DNA of 64,000 nt from Zygnema circumcarinatum SAG 698-1b (taxonomy: Eukaryota > Plantae > Zygnematophyceae): assembly GCA_037447605.1 (NCBI GenBank), contig CM074806.1:4216001-4280000 (forward strand), read 5' to 3'. Below are positions 62,182 to 64,000 of the stretch, one piece after another. Below the pieces are notes generated by a model that was not told the origin of the DNA, did not search any database, and saw nothing but the letters and a program-made list of their open reading frames with translations. How positions within the stretch are numbered: the stretch's first letter is position 1; every line of letters starts with the position of its first letter. The position numbers and the translations under genes are program-made.

Positions 62182-64000
62182 ATGCATCATCCGGTCAGAG
62201 GCGGAGTTCGAGGAGGGAAAGACCGTAAGTCATGCGTTTTTTGTACGGAAGAGAGAGAGAGTAGGGAGATGAGTCGGGGAGAGAGTGAGTGGTAGGGAGG
62301 GGAAATGGTATGGAAGGATGACTGAGAGCGGGGAGAGAGAGGCGGGGAGAGAGTGTTTATGTGGGGAGGGAGAAGGAGAGGGAGAAAGTAAGGAAGCTCG
62401 TGTCACCTTAGTCAGTAGCTTCTATTGCTAGGGCACAGTTATTCGTTTCTCGCCTGTTTAATTCTCTTAAAAAATATGCCGCTTCTTCCTTCTAACATCC
62501 CTTGCAGCTAAATTCAAGAAAGTAATTCAACTTCGTGTTGAATGATGGAACTTCACAGAATTTAAATGGGATGATGTTAAAGCCGACAAGTATCGGGAGA
62601 ACTACCTCGGCCACAGTCTCATGGCTCCAGTTGGCAGGTGGCAAAAAGGTGAGCCTTCTTTCTTAACATCCTGGAGCTGTTAGACTTATAAGGAAGAAGG
62701 GAGTAAGGACAGCAGCCTTAACAGTCCCTTGACTCCTGTTCCTTTTCCTTTGTTTGTGCAGGCAAGGACTTGCATTGGTACGCGAGAGACGCAAAAGACT
62801 CCGCTGCGGATGCGGATGCCATGAGAGACGAGCTTAAGCGAGTTAAGGAGGAAGAAGAAAGTTTAATGGCAGAAGCTTTAGGATTGGCTCCCAAGAAAGA
62901 TCGAGGGCCCAAACTTGGCGGGGCGAATTTAGATAAGCATGAATCGGAGCAGCTGTTCAAACGAGGGAAGACGACTGAGCAGGTGAAGCCGGAGTACGCG
63001 GAGGGGGAGAGAATTCAAGGCCTGGGATTTGCTCCGTAAGTGCTACTTGGAAGACCCTTCAACCTTGAAATTGTAGTCGTGCTTGACCCCATAAATCCAT
63101 TGAAATTTATTGAAATTATTGAAGACTGCTGTTTGTGACATTCACTCAATCATGTGTTTCCTTAAGAAGATCGACAGTCAGACAGTTAGCAGGAAATTCA
63201 CTGGAATTCATTCGTGATGGCAATTGATCATGAATCAGGGTAACAGAAAAAATCTGCTCACATGTCTGGAAACAGTACTGTCCAAAAGTAATTTGTTTCA
63301 TTTATTTTAACGGAGAAGTTCTTATGCCCTTCTTAATATGGAAGTTGGCACTGCTGCTTGTGTCTCTGCAGCGCTCCATTTCATGTAGCGAATAAAGGAG
63401 CAAGCAAGGCTCTGGAAGGGAGTCGCAAGGCTGATAAGGAAGCACAAGGTCTTGACGAAGGAAGAGCAGCGACACATACGAAAGGAAAAGAAGCCGCTAA
63501 ACAGGAAATAAATTCACTTAAGTCGAAGCAAGAAGGGGAAGAGGATAGGGAGGAGGGAGCAGGTGGAGGAGAGGAGGGAGAGAAGGCAAGAAGGCCGCGA
63601 AAAAGCCACCAACAGAAAAAGCAGGAAAAGCTAGAGCGAATGGAAAGGTTGAAGGGCAAAGTGAAGGTGGGAAAAAGAGATTTGAAAAGGCAGAGGAGGG
63701 AAGAGAGGACAGCGAGGAAGAGGGCGAGGAGAGCGGAAAGGAGAGCCTTGGAGGAAGCGAATCAGAGTAGTGAGACGAGCTCAAGTGAAGACGAGAAGTC
63801 TGACAAACTTAAGGAGAGAGATGAGAAAGAGGCAACTGTTAGGATGGGTGAGGCTGGAGAGAGGGAACTCGGCACAAGCAGCGAGAGGGAGGGGACGGAG
63901 AGTATGAGGGACAGGGATCGGGAGAGTGATAGAGTGAGTAGAAGGAAGAGAGACATTGGTACTGAGGATTGTAGAGAGAAGGACCGAGGGACGGAAAGGC
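62182..64000 (+). CDS. MMTAG2: MMTAG2-like protein, 3'-truncated; exons 62182-62224, 62559-62648, 62762-63035, 63372->64000
   Basis: [69 protein letters not shown], and a charged C-terminus that stays open to the window end. Confidence 0.92.

Overview
Gene-dense, intron-rich eukaryotic nuclear DNA with plant-type genes and very long GA/CT/GGGA microsatellites; most consistent with a streptophyte green alga (inference). I reconstructed 13 gene models by hand from splice sites and frame continuity: proteasome beta5 (partial), CHIP/STUB1, a TPT-family nucleotide-sugar/sugar-phosphate transporter, a DeSI/PPPDE peptidase with a long acidic tail, a CDPK-like kinase lacking EF-hands with a ~1,200-aa N-terminal extension (split by a 1-nt lesion in a GGA repeat), SF3B4, arogenate dehydrogenase, a 1,093-aa filamin/Ig-SGNH-GT61 fusion, an orphan with a C-terminal EAR motif, an SRPBCC/polyketide-cyclase protein, a 348-aa SAM + tandem VPS13/ATG2-C-like protein with a 13-nt microexon, PAM16 and MMTAG2 (partial). 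There are two copies of a ~0.9-kb foldback MITE with 8-bp TSDs, one nested in an older TIR element. The best novelty candidates are the acetyltransferase-glycosyltransferase fusion and the SAM-ATG_C protein. Also notable are extreme GC3 in exons next to microsatellites and phased GTACG clusters upstream of genes. No rRNA, tRNA or CRISPR could be supported. All family assignments come from recognising motifs by eye, not from database searches.
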